From assembly GCA_035713045.1 (NCBI GenBank), contig DASTAC010000172.1, forward strand, positions 17,862 through 81,861: DNA of 64,000 bases, given 5' to 3'. A program made the translations under genes and the position numbers. This stretch comes from Steroidobacteraceae bacterium. Lineage in GTDB: Bacteria > Pseudomonadota > Gammaproteobacteria > Steroidobacterales > Steroidobacteraceae. The notes below the pieces were generated by a model that was not told the DNA's origin, ran no database searches, and saw only the letters and a list, made by a program, of their open reading frames with translations. Positions within the stretch are counted from its first letter, which is position 1; every line of letters begins with the position of its first letter. Positions 51,812-61,135 of the stretch are shown here, in pieces.

Positions 51812-53164
51812 ATGAGCCGCACGGATACCATCGTGGCGGCGGCCACGCCGCCAGGAAGGGGCGGGATCGGGATCGTACGGGTATCGGGCCCGCGCGTACC
51901 CGAAATCGCCGCTGTGCTGCTCGGCGAGCTGCCGCTGCCGCGCCGGGCCGGATACGCCCACTTTCTGGACGCGGCGCAGGAGCCTATCGACGCCGGCCTC
52001 GCGCTCTTCTTTCCCGGGCCGCACTCCTATACCGGCGAGCACGTTGTCGAGCTGCACGGTCACGGCGGCCCGCTCGTGCTCGAGGCGCTGGTGGCCAGAG
52101 TGGTGGAGCTGGGCGGGCGAAGAGCCATGCCGGGGGAGTTCACGCAACGCGCCTTTCTCAACAACAAGCTGGACCTCGCCCAGGCGGAGGCGATCGCCGA
52201 TCTCATCGATGCCGGCTCGCGCGAGGCGGCTCGGGCAGCGATGCGCTCGCTCCAGGGGGAGTTCTCCGCCATGGTGCGGGGCCTGACCGAGGCGGTGATC
52301 GACCTGCGCACGTATGTCGAGGCGGCCATCGACTTTCCGGAGGAGGAAATCGACTTCCTCGCCGACCGCGAGCTCGAGGAGCGGTTCCAGGCCGTGCACG
52401 AGCACTTCACCGCCGTCGAGCAGAGTGCGCGCCAGGGACGCCTGCTGCGGGAAGGGATGACGGTCGTGATTGCCGGCCGGCCGAACGCGGGCAAGTCGAG
52501 CCTCCTCAACCGGATGGCGGGCTATGACGCGGCCATCGTGACGCCCATCCCCGGGACCACTCGTGACATCGTTCGCGAGCGCATCGACATCGACGGCATG
52601 CCCCTCCACGTGCTCGATACCGCCGGGTTGCGGCAGGATGCCGATGTGGTCGAAGCGGAAGGCATCCGGCGCGCGCATGCCGAGATGCGGCGCGCGGACC
52701 GCGTGCTCTTCGTCGTCGATGCCGCCGAGGATCCCGGCGCGGCGGCGTACGGCGAGGAAAAAGACCGGCTGCCCTCCGATGTCCCCGTGACGCTGGTGCT
52801 CAACAAGTGCGATCTGACCCGGGGCATTCCGATCGCCGATACCGTGTCGGGGCCGCCGCGGGTGGCTCTGTCAGCCCTCACCGGGCAGGGTCTGGATACC
52901 CTGCGCGCGCACCTGAAGGCTTGCATGGGATATCAGACGGTCGATGCCGGCACCGTTTCCGCCCGGCAGCGGCACATCGAAGCGCTCGAGCGGGCGCGGC
53001 GGCAGATAGCCGAGGCGCAGCAGCGGCTGCGCGACAGCCGTGCCGGCGAGCTGGTCGCCGAGGAGCTGCGCGGCGCGCAGCAGGCGCTCAACGAGATCAC
53101 CGGGGATTTCACCAGCGAGGACCTGCTCGGCCGGATCTTCGGGAGCTTCTGCATCGGCAAGTAG
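51812..53164 (+). CDS. mnmE: tRNA modification GTPase MnmE
   Basis: DTIVAAATPPGRGGIGIVRVSG, G-domain GRPNAGKSSLLN and DTAG, and C-terminal FCIGK. Confidence 0.96.
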   Translation: MSRTDTIVAAATPPGRGGIGIVRVSGPRVPEIAAVLLGELPLPRRAGYAHFLDAAQEPIDAGLALFFPGPHSYTGEHVVELHGHGGPLVLEALVARVVELGGRRAMPGEFTQRAFLNNKLDLAQAEAIADLIDAGSREAARAAMRSLQGEFSAMVRGLTEAVIDLRTYVEAAIDFPEEEIDFLADRELEERFQAVHEHFTAVEQSARQGRLLREGMTVVIAGRPNAGKSSLLNRMAGYDAAIVTPIPGTTRDIVRERIDIDGMPLHVLDTAGLRQDADVVEAEGIRRAHAEMRRADRVLFVVDAAEDPGAAAYGEEKDRLPSDVPVTLVLNKCDLTRGIPIADTVSGPPRVALSALTGQGLDTLRAHLKACMGYQTVDAGTVSARQRHIEALERARRQIAEAQQRLRDSRAGELVAEELRGAQQALNEITGDFTSEDLLGRIFGSFCIGK

Positions 53165-53320
53165 CGCTCGCGCCGGCTCGGTCTCGAGCTTGTGCCGATC
53201 CCGGGCGCGATCCCGTTATCATAGCGGCGCTTCCGCCGGGCCCGTCCATTGCGGGCGCGGCCCCCGGCGGGGCTTGCGGGCCTCGTCGTCCCCCACTGCG
53301 GCCCCCGGAAAGGCACCTCG

Positions 53321-54940
53321 GTGTATCAGCGCATTCTCCTGGCCTACGACGGCTCCATCGAGGGGCGCACCGCATTGCGCGAGGGGGCGCTGCTGGCGCG
53401 GCGATATGGCGCGCAGGTCTTCGTGCTGTCGGTCATCCCCGAGACGGCGGGCGCGAAACTGGGCGAGGGAGTCGGCGGCGGCGGCATCGCCCAGCAGCGC
53501 GGGGAATTCGAGCGCGTGTTGCAGGAAGGCATGGCGCGGCTCACTGCGCACGGCTTCCAGGCTTCGGGGAAGCTCGTCATCGGCGAGCCGGCGCGTGAGA
53601 TCGCCGCCTACGCCGAGCAGGTGAGCGCCGATCTGGTCGTGGTGGGTCATCGACGCCTGAGCGCGCTCGGGCGCTGGTGGTCGGGGTCCACCGGAGCCTA
53701 TCTGAGCGACCACATCCGCTGCAGCCTGTTGGTTTGCCAGAACGTGATCGGCGATGAGCGCTTAGAGGCCATGCTGGCGCAAACCCCGACGGCCGCTTCG
53801 CCGGGCGCCGGGCGCGGAGAGCCGGCGGCTGCCACAGCGGCCGCGGAGCCCGGCCGCGGGCCCGCGGTGCATGCCCCGCCGGCTACGGCGGCGCCGTCGC
53901 ACGCACCTCTGCCGACCTCCCGGCGCCGCCTCCGCGTGGTGCTGTTCGCGCTGTTGCCTCTGATTCTCATCGTCGGCTTCATCGTCTACGCCCTCGGCGG
54001 CGGAACCGTCTCCACCGACAACGCATATATCGAGGCGAGCACGGTCGGCGTCTCGACGGACGTCTCCGGGATCGTCGGCCACGTCTACGTCCACGAGAAT
54101 CAACCCGTCAGGCGCGGGCAGATCCTCTACACGCTGCGCGACCGGCAATACCGCTACGCCCTGGATCGCGCCAACGCTCAGCTCGCCGGGGTGCGCGACC
54201 ACCTGCTCGCCATGCAGGCGAGCTACAGGGAGATGCAGAGCAGGATCGCGCAGGCAAAATACAACCTGGGCTACAGCCAGGTGCAATTCCATCGCGCCAC
54301 CAATCTGGCCCGGGTGAACATCGTCTCGCGCACCGGCTACGATACCGCGCAGCGGGATCTCGAGAGCGCCAAACAGGTGGTGGCCTCGCTCGACGAGCAG
54401 CTCGCGGGCATCGGCGCCGGTCTCAACGGCCATCCGACGGGTCCGGTCGAGCAGTATCCGCAATACCAGGGCGCACTGGCCGCACGCAACGAGGCCGCGC
54501 GCGAGCTCGCCCATACCGTGGTCCGAGCGCCGTTCGACGGCATCGTGACCAGCGTGCCCTCGATCCAGCCGGGCAGCTATCTCGGGGCTTCCGTCACCGC
54601 GTTCTACCTCGTCGACACCGATCATGTGTGGGTGCGCGCCAACCCCAAGGAGACCGCGCTGACCTACGTGCGGCCCGGACAGGCCGTCACCGTGACGGTG
54701 GACACCTATCCCGGGGACACCTGGCACGGCACCGTCGCGAGCATCAGTCCGGCCGCGGCGCAGCAGTTCTCGCTCCTGCCGGCGCAGAACACGAGCGGCA
54801 ACTGGGTGAAGGTGGTGCAGCGCATCCCGGTGCGCATTGCCGTCGACACGAGCGACCGCAGCCTGCCGCCGCTGCGTGCCGGGATGAGCGCGGAAGTCAG
54901 CATCGATACCGGCCACACGCGCGGCTGGTCCATCTTCTGA
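53321..54940 (+). CDS. fusion protein: universal stress protein (UspA) domain + linker + TM + EmrA/HlyD-family membrane fusion (periplasmic adaptor) protein
   Basis: Single open frame. USP pattern YQRILLAYDGS...DLVVVGHRRLSALGRWWSGSTGAYLSDHIRCSLLVC, Pro/Ala linker, TM VVLFALLPLILIVGFIVYALGG, then HlyD motifs (VSTDNAYIEA...VSGIV...PVRRGQILYTL...VRAPFDGIV...NWVKVVQRIPVRI). GTG 53321 is chosen as the start. An internal ATG lies at 53771. Confidence 0.75.
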   Translation: MYQRILLAYDGSIEGRTALREGALLARRYGAQVFVLSVIPETAGAKLGEGVGGGGIAQQRGEFERVLQEGMARLTAHGFQASGKLVIGEPAREIAAYAEQVSADLVVVGHRRLSALGRWWSGSTGAYLSDHIRCSLLVCQNVIGDERLEAMLAQTPTAASPGAGRGEPAAATAAAEPGRGPAVHAPPATAAPSHAPLPTSRRRLRVVLFALLPLILIVGFIVYALGGGTVSTDNAYIEASTVGVSTDVSGIVGHVYVHENQPVRRGQILYTLRDRQYRYALDRANAQLAGVRDHLLAMQASYREMQSRIAQAKYNLGYSQVQFHRATNLARVNIVSRTGYDTAQRDLESAKQVVASLDEQLAGIGAGLNGHPTGPVEQYPQYQGALAARNEAARELAHTVVRAPFDGIVTSVPSIQPGSYLGASVTAFYLVDTDHVWVRANPKETALTYVRPGQAVTVTVDTYPGDTWHGTVASISPAAAQQFSLLPAQNTSGNWVKVVQRIPVRIAVDTSDRSLPPLRAGMSAEVSIDTGHTRGWSIF

Positions 54941-55017
54941 CAGGCGGCCCACGGATCGATGTTGACCCGTATTGCTGAAGCAGGAGCGAATGACCCCCGC
55001 GCGAGGGCGAGGCGGCG

Positions 55018-56556
55018 ATGTCAGAGGAGCTGAGCCCGAGCACTCCGAACCGCGGCGGCATCACGATGTGCGTGATGCTGGCGACTCTCATGCAGTCGCT
55101 CGACACGACCATCGCCAATGTGGCGCTGCCGCACATGCAGGGGAGCCTCGCGGCGAGCCAGGACCAGATCGACTGGGTGCTCACCTCCTACATCGTGGCC
55201 GCGGCGATCGCGACGCCGCTCACGGGCTTCCTGACGTCGCGACTCGGCCTGAAGCGGCTGTTCATCATCTCCGTCATCGGCTTCACCGTGGCCTCGATGC
55301 TCTGCGGCATGGCGCAGTCGGTGACGGAAATCGTGCTCTTCCGCTGGGCGCAGGGCCTCTTCGGGGCTGCCCTGGTGCCGCTCTCGCAGACAGTGCTCCT
55401 CAACATCAATCCGCCCGAGCGGCAGGGCTCGGCGATGGCGGCGTGGGGCATGGCGGTCATGGCGGCCCCCATCCTGGGGCCGGTGCTCGGCGGCTGGCTG
55501 ACCCAGGACTACAGCTGGCGATACGTCTTCTACATCAATCTGCCGATCGGCGTGCTCGCCTTCATCGGCATGACCGTCTTCCTCCCCGAGGGGCGGCGCC
55601 GCAGCGATGCCCGGCTCGACTGGACCGGATTCGTGAGCCTCAGCATCGCGATCGCGGCGCTGCAGGTGATGCTCGATCGGGGCCAGGAGCTCGACTGGCT
55701 GGGCTCGAAGGAGATCATCGGCGAAGCGGTCATCGCCGCCTCGGCGTTCTACGTCTTCCTGGTGCACACCTTCACGGCGCGCGAGCCCTTCCTCAGGCCC
55801 GGGCTCTTTCGCGATCGCAACTTCACCGCCGGGGTGATCTTCGTGGCGATCGTGGGCCTCACGTTCTACGCCTCCCTGGCGCTGCAGCCGCCCTATCTGC
55901 AGGACCTCATGAACTACCCGGTCATCACGGCCGGTTTCGTCATGGGCCCGAGGGGCTTCGGAACCATGGCCGCCATGATGGTCGTCGGCAAGCTGATCGG
56001 TCGAGCGGATACGCGGCTGCTCCTCGGCCTCGGCCTCGGCCTCTCCGCGTGGACGTTCTATCTGATGACCGGCTGGACGCCGGAGGTGTCGAGTTGGACC
56101 GTCATCTGGGTCGGGATCATCCAGGGCGTGGGCCTCGGCTTTCTCTTCACGCCGCTCAGCGTGGTGTCGCTCTCGACCCTGCCGCCCGGGGTTCGGCCGG
56201 AGGGCGCCGGCTTCTACAACCTTGCGCGCAACGTCGGCTCGAGCGTCGGCATCTCCATCGTCAGCGCGCTCCTCGCGCGGACCACCCAGGCCAACCACGC
56301 GGACATCACGCAGTACGTGACTGCCGCCAACCCCCGGTTTCGCAGTCCCATCGTCGCGCACGCGCTCAATCCCTTGAGTGCCTCCGGCCGCGCCGCGCTC
56401 GATGCGATCATCACCCAGCAGGCGCAGGTCATCGCCTACGTCGATGACTACAAATTCCTGATGATCGCCACTCTGGCGGTGATCCCGCTCCTCGTCGTGT
56501 TCCAGGGTCGAACCGGCGTGCCGAGCGGGGAGCATTCGACGGTGGCGGAGATCTGA
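55018..56556 (+). CDS. emrB: DHA2-family (EmrB/QacA) 14-TM MFS multidrug efflux permease
   Basis: MLATLMQSLDTTIANVALPHMQGSL...DWVLTSY... and WRYVFYINLPIG. Follows the adaptor gene. Confidence 0.9.
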   Translation: MSEELSPSTPNRGGITMCVMLATLMQSLDTTIANVALPHMQGSLAASQDQIDWVLTSYIVAAAIATPLTGFLTSRLGLKRLFIISVIGFTVASMLCGMAQSVTEIVLFRWAQGLFGAALVPLSQTVLLNINPPERQGSAMAAWGMAVMAAPILGPVLGGWLTQDYSWRYVFYINLPIGVLAFIGMTVFLPEGRRRSDARLDWTGFVSLSIAIAALQVMLDRGQELDWLGSKEIIGEAVIAASAFYVFLVHTFTAREPFLRPGLFRDRNFTAGVIFVAIVGLTFYASLALQPPYLQDLMNYPVITAGFVMGPRGFGTMAAMMVVGKLIGRADTRLLLGLGLGLSAWTFYLMTGWTPEVSSWTVIWVGIIQGVGLGFLFTPLSVVSLSTLPPGVRPEGAGFYNLARNVGSSVGISIVSALLARTTQANHADITQYVTAANPRFRSPIVAHALNPLSASGRAALDAIITQQAQVIAYVDDYKFLMIATLAVIPLLVVFQGRTGVPSGEHSTVAEI

Positions 56557-56617
56557 ACGCATGCGGCACAGGCTCAGGGACGTGCCGGGCGGGGCAGGAG
56601 GATCCAGCGCCGTAATG

Positions 56618-58246
56618 CTACGGAGCCACCCCCCGCAGTCCCAGGTACTTGCTGTACGTGACGTTCATGATGTTGTTGTACCAGCCCGTGACGCGCGGCT
56701 TCACGAGATGCTTGCTGGCGTAGAAATAGATCGGGATGACCGGCTGGTCGTGCAGCATCAGCCGCTCCGCCCGCTCGAGGAGCGCCCGGCGATTCGCGGG
56801 GTCGGCCTCGGCGGCGGCGCGGTCGAGCAGCGTGTCGTAGGCCGGGTTGTCGTAGTGGGTGAGATTGATGCCGAAGTCGCTCTTGAAATATTGCGCGAAG
56901 CCGTAAGCATCGTTGTAATCGCCGATCCAGCTGGAGCGGAACATCTGCACGTTGCCCCGGTTGATGTCCTGCAGCAGCGACGTGAATCCCTCCGACCTGA
57001 GAGTCACCCGCGCGCCGAGCGCCTGGCGCCACATGGACGCGATCGCGATCGCGAGCTCCGAATGCACCTCGCCCGTGTTGTAACGCAACACGAAATGGAG
57101 CGGCCGCGCCGCGGAGTAGCCTGCTTCGGCATACAGCCGTCGTGCCTCGGCGACCCGCTGCGCCATCGGGAGTCTGCGCCAGGCCGGTGACTGCGGCGTG
57201 TAGTCCGCAACGCCCGGGGGCACCCAGCCGTAGGCGGGCGTCTCGCCCGTGCGCAGCACCAGGCGCACGAGCTTGTCGCGATCGATCACCATGGAGAGCG
57301 CGCGGCGCAGTTTCACCTCGCCCTTGAAGGGCGCCCGCTGAAGATCGAAGCCGTAGAAGTAGACCCCGAGCTCCGGAGTGATGTGCAGCTGATTGCCGAG
57401 ATGCGAGCGGATCCAGCCGTACTGTGCACGCGGGATGACGTCGGTGATGTCGAGCTGGCCCGCACGGTAGAGCGTCAGCTCCGAATTCTCGTCGGACGAG
57501 ATCACGTACTTGACCCCATCCAGGCGGGTGGCGCTGTTGTCCCAGTAGTATCGGTTCCGCCTCAGGTAGATGTAGGAGCCGTGGACCCACTGCGACAGCA
57601 CGAAGGCGCCGTCGGACGGCAGGTTGCCTGGACGCGCGTACTCATCGCGGTCGCTGGCCAGTATGACGGGCTCGACGGGACAGGTGCTCGGATGCGCCAG
57701 CAGCGCGGGCAGGTACGGGGCGGGGTCGCGCAGCTGGACGACGACGGTGTAGGGACCGGGAGCCGACACACCGAGCCTCTCGGGAGGCTTGTGCCCCGCG
57801 ACGATGTCGCTCGCGTTGACGATGGCGTTGACGACCTCCGCATATTGCGACCCGGTAGCGGGATCCACCAGCCGGCGCAGCCCGGCCACGAAGTCCGCGC
57901 CCACCACCGGCTGCCCGTTGGACCATCGCGCGTCATGGCGCAGGGTGAAGGTGTAGGTCTTGCCGTCCGGACTGACCTGCCACTTCTCCGCGATGCCGGG
58001 AGCCACTGCGCCCGACTTGTCGAGAGTCGTCAGTCCCTCGCAGATATCACGGAGCACCCGCTGCGCCTCCACGGAGCGCGCCTTCTGCGGATCGAGCGAG
58101 TCGGGCTCGGCCCCGAGGCCGCGCCGGAGAATCGCGGCCGCGTGCGCCTTGCCGCCGGCGGGGGCGCCGCTCGGGGAGTGCGAGCAGCCGGCGAGCGCCG
58201 CGACGGCCAGCAGCCCGACGAGCCATGCGCGCACGGACCTTCGCAT
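56618..58246 (-). CDS. family-5 (peptide/nickel, OppA/DppA-like) ABC substrate-binding lipoprotein, no cognate permease genes nearby
   Basis: Lipobox LAGC, then SBP_bac_5-like sequence (LDPQKARSVEAQRVLRDICEGL..., YLRRNRYYWD). 9 nt downstream of pyrF. Confidence 0.8.
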   Translation of the reverse strand: MRRSVRAWLVGLLAVAALAGCSHSPSGAPAGGKAHAAAILRRGLGAEPDSLDPQKARSVEAQRVLRDICEGLTTLDKSGAVAPGIAEKWQVSPDGKTYTFTLRHDARWSNGQPVVGADFVAGLRRLVDPATGSQYAEVVNAIVNASDIVAGHKPPERLGVSAPGPYTVVVQLRDPAPYLPALLAHPSTCPVEPVILASDRDEYARPGNLPSDGAFVLSQWVHGSYIYLRRNRYYWDNSATRLDGVKYVISSDENSELTLYRAGQLDITDVIPRAQYGWIRSHLGNQLHITPELGVYFYGFDLQRAPFKGEVKLRRALSMVIDRDKLVRLVLRTGETPAYGWVPPGVADYTPQSPAWRRLPMAQRVAEARRLYAEAGYSAARPLHFVLRYNTGEVHSELAIAIASMWRQALGARVTLRSEGFTSLLQDINRGNVQMFRSSWIGDYNDAYGFAQYFKSDFGINLTHYDNPAYDTLLDRAAAEADPANRRALLERAERLMLHDQPVIPIYFYASKHLVKPRVTGWYNNIMNVTYSKYLGLRGVAP

Positions 58247-58255
58247 CAGGCCCGA

Positions 58256-59089
58256 TTACGCGGTGGCCGAGCGGTGGGCATTGATCTCATCCCGCAGCGC
58301 GAGTGCCGCCCCCCGGGCCGCGGAGGCGAAGTCGTCCCCCGCGGACGCGTAGAGGATGCTCCGCGAGGAGCTGACGAGCAGGCCCTTGCCGGCGGCGGTC
58401 TGGCCGTTGCGCACCACCTGGGCGACATCGCCTCCCTGCGCGCCGACGCCGGGTACGAGCAGCGGCATCTCACCGACTATCCGCCGGATCTCGGCCAGCT
58501 CCGTCGGGTAGGTGGCGCCCACGACCAGCAGGCAGTTGCCGCGGGTGTTCCAGCGTACCGCCGCCATCTCCGCCACCACGTGATAGAGCCGCCGCCCGTC
58601 CGCACCGACCGGCAGGTCCTGCAGATCGCGCGCGCCCGGGTTGGAGGTGCGGCAGAGCACCACTACGCCCCGGTCCTCGCGCCGCAGGAACGGCTCGAGG
58701 GAATCGCCGCCGAGGTAGGGATTCACGGTGACGGCATCGGCTCCGTAGCGCTCGAAGGCCTCGATGGCGTACCGCTCCGCGGTGTTGCCGATGTCGCCCC
58801 GCTTGGAATCGAGAATCACCGGTACGCCGGGGTAGGTGCGGCGAATGTAATCGATGGTGCGCTCGAGCTGGTCCTCCGCCTCGTACGCCGCGTAGTGGGC
58901 GAACTGCGGCTTGTAGGCGCAGACCAGATCAGCCGTGGCGTCGATGATGGCCTTGTTGAACTGGAAGATCGGCGAGGGCTGGCCGGCGATCTGTGCGGGA
59001 AAGCGCTCGATCTCCGGGTCGAGGCCGACGCAGACCAGGGAGTTGCTGCGGGCCCAGGACGCTTCGAGTCGGGTCAGGAAAGCGGTCAT
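58256..59089 (-). CDS. pyrF: orotidine 5'-phosphate decarboxylase, type 2 (long form)
   Basis: LVCVGLDPE..., [21 protein letters not shown] and [13 protein letters not shown] overlap with the mnmG stop. Confidence 0.85.
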   Translation of the reverse strand: MTAFLTRLEASWARSNSLVCVGLDPEIERFPAQIAGQPSPIFQFNKAIIDATADLVCAYKPQFAHYAAYEAEDQLERTIDYIRRTYPGVPVILDSKRGDIGNTAERYAIEAFERYGADAVTVNPYLGGDSLEPFLRREDRGVVVLCRTSNPGARDLQDLPVGADGRRLYHVVAEMAAVRWNTRGNCLLVVGATYPTELAEIRRIVGEMPLLVPGVGAQGGDVAQVVRNGQTAAGKGLLVSSSRSILYASAGDDFASAARGAALALRDEINAHRSATA

Positions 59090-61011
59090 GCGACGCGGGC
59101 CCGGGCGGCCGCCAGGCTGCGCTTCTTCAGGTGGACCAGCAGCAGCGTGACCGCGGCTGGCGTTACACCCGGCACCCGGCTGGCCTGCCCGACCGTCGCC
59201 GGGCGATACTCCGCCAGGCGGCTGCGCACTTCGTGCGAGAGTCCCGCCACCTGGTGGTAGTCGATGTCTTCTGGCAGCTCAGTCTCCTCATTGCGGCGCT
59301 GGCGCTCGATCTCCTCGCGCTGGCGCTCGATGTAGCCGGCGTACTTCGCGCGCGCCTCCACCTCTATGCGCACCTGGGGGGGCAGGCGGTCGTCAGGCTC
59401 GGGCGGGCCCGTCAGCCAGTCCGGCGTCCCTGCCACTTCCAGCAGGGCGTCGTAACCGACTTCGGGGCGGCGCAGGAGCTCGAATGCCGACGTGTCGCGC
59501 GCGAGCGGTCCCGACAGCACTCGCCGCGACCAGTCCTCGGGGATCTCGCCGGGGCGCAGGCGCACGCTGCGAAGACGCGCCGTTTCCTCCTCGGCGAGGC
59601 GCTGCTTGGATTCGAAGAGCCGCCAGCGCTCGTCGTCTATCAGGCCGAGCTCGCGGCCGTGCGGAGTCAGACGCAGGTCGGCATTGTCCTCACGCAGCAG
59701 CAGGCGATGCTCCGCACGGCTGGTGAACATGCGGTAGGGCTCCCGCGTCCCGCGGGTCGTCAGATCATCGATTAGCACGCCCAGGTAAGCGTCACTGCGC
59801 CTGGGCACCCAGGGGTCGCGCCCGCGCAAGGCGAGCACCGCGTTGATGCCCGCCACGATGCCCTGCGCCGCCGCCTCCTCGTAACCCGTCGTACCGTTGA
59901 TCTGACCGGCGAAGAAGAGGCCCCGCAGCGCCCGCGTCTGCAGCGAAGGGTGCAGGTCGCGCGGATCGAAGTAGTCGTACTCGATCGCATAACCGGGCCG
60001 GGTCAGGTGGGCGCGCTCGAAACCGGGAATGCTGCGGACCAGCTCGTACTGCACGTCGAATGGCAGGCTGGTGGAGATGCCGTTGGGATAGATCTCGTGG
60101 GTGTCGAGGCCCTCGGGCTCGACGAAGAGCTGATGCGAGGTCTTGTCCGCGAAGCGGAAAACCTTGTCCTCCACTGAAGGACAGTAGCGGGGACCCACCC
60201 CCTCGATGACGCCCGTGAACATCGGTGAGCGATCCGCCGCCCGCCGGATGATGTCGTGCGTTCGCTCATTGGTGTGCGTAATGAAACAATCGATCTGCCT
60301 GGGATGCTCATCAGCGCGCCCGAGGAACGAAAACACCGGCAGCGGCGCGTCACTGCTCTGGCGGGTCATGGCCGAGAAGTCGAGCGTCCGGCCGTCCAAC
60401 CGCGGCGGAGTCCCGGTCTTCAGGCGTCCGACCCGCAGCGGCAGCTCCCGCAGACGGCTCGCCAGCCGGTTCGAGGGCGGATCGCCGGCCCTGCCGCCCT
60501 GGTACTGATCGAGACCCACATGGATGCGCCCGCCGAGGAAGGTCCCCACGGTGAGCACGACCGCCGGCGCCTCGAAGGCGATTCCGGTCACCGTCACGAC
60601 GCCGTGGACCGTCTCGCCGGCGACCAGGAGGTCGGCCGCCTCCTGCTGGAAAACCGACAGGTTGGGCTCGGCCTCGAGCAGGGCCCGGATCGCCTTGCGA
60701 TAGAGCTGGCGATCCGCCTGCGCGCGCGTAGCGCGCACGGCGGGACCCTTGCTGCCGTTCAGGGTCCGAAACTGAATGCCCGCGCGGTCGGTCGCGCGCG
60801 CCATGGCCCCGCCCAGGGCGTCGATCTCGCGCACGAGATGACCCTTGCCGATGCCGCCGACCGCGGGATTGCAGCTCATCTGGCCCAGCGTCTCGATGCT
60901 CTGGGTGAGAAGCAATGTGCGGGCGCCCATGCGCGCGGCTGCCAGGGCGGCCTCCGTGCCGGCATGACCGCCGCCGATGACGATCACGTCGAAGGGTTGG
61001 GAGAAGCGCAT
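59086..61011 (-). CDS. mnmG: tRNA uridine 5-carboxymethylaminomethyl modification enzyme MnmG (GidA)
   Basis: [23 protein letters not shown]...[26 protein letters not shown]... Start ATG 61009-61011. The 61012..61449 part of the track ORF is shadow. Confidence 0.97.
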   Translation of the reverse strand: MRFSQPFDVIVIGGGHAGTEAALAAARMGARTLLLTQSIETLGQMSCNPAVGGIGKGHLVREIDALGGAMARATDRAGIQFRTLNGSKGPAVRATRAQADRQLYRKAIRALLEAEPNLSVFQQEAADLLVAGETVHGVVTVTGIAFEAPAVVLTVGTFLGGRIHVGLDQYQGGRAGDPPSNRLASRLRELPLRVGRLKTGTPPRLDGRTLDFSAMTRQSSDAPLPVFSFLGRADEHPRQIDCFITHTNERTHDIIRRAADRSPMFTGVIEGVGPRYCPSVEDKVFRFADKTSHQLFVEPEGLDTHEIYPNGISTSLPFDVQYELVRSIPGFERAHLTRPGYAIEYDYFDPRDLHPSLQTRALRGLFFAGQINGTTGYEEAAAQGIVAGINAVLALRGRDPWVPRRSDAYLGVLIDDLTTRGTREPYRMFTSRAEHRLLLREDNADLRLTPHGRELGLIDDERWRLFESKQRLAEEETARLRSVRLRPGEIPEDWSRRVLSGPLARDTSAFELLRRPEVGYDALLEVAGTPDWLTGPPEPDDRLPPQVRIEVEARAKYAGYIERQREEIERQRRNEETELPEDIDYHQVAGLSHEVRSRLAEYRPATVGQASRVPGVTPAAVTLLLVHLKKRSLAAARARVA

Positions 61012-61135
61012 GGGTATATTGTAAGGCGTGCCGAACGAGTGCGCCGCACATGCGGTACCCCTGGCCTTCCCCGAGCGAGCCGTCAGTGGCACCGCCCCTA
61101 CTGTCCCGCCTCCCCCGGGTGCCCTGCCACCAAGG

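Noticed and set aside
53249-53320. 24-codon N-terminal extension of the USP-EmrA ORF (TTG 53249)
   Set aside because: USP homology begins at YQRILLAYDGS. GTG 53321 gives the canonical N-terminus and has a purine-rich stretch upstream.
54972-56447. 491-aa alternative frame over emrB, with an AGGAG-preceded ATG at 54990
   Set aside because: The translation is Arg/Gly/His-rich nonsense. The 55018 frame gives a textbook DHA2 MFS protein.
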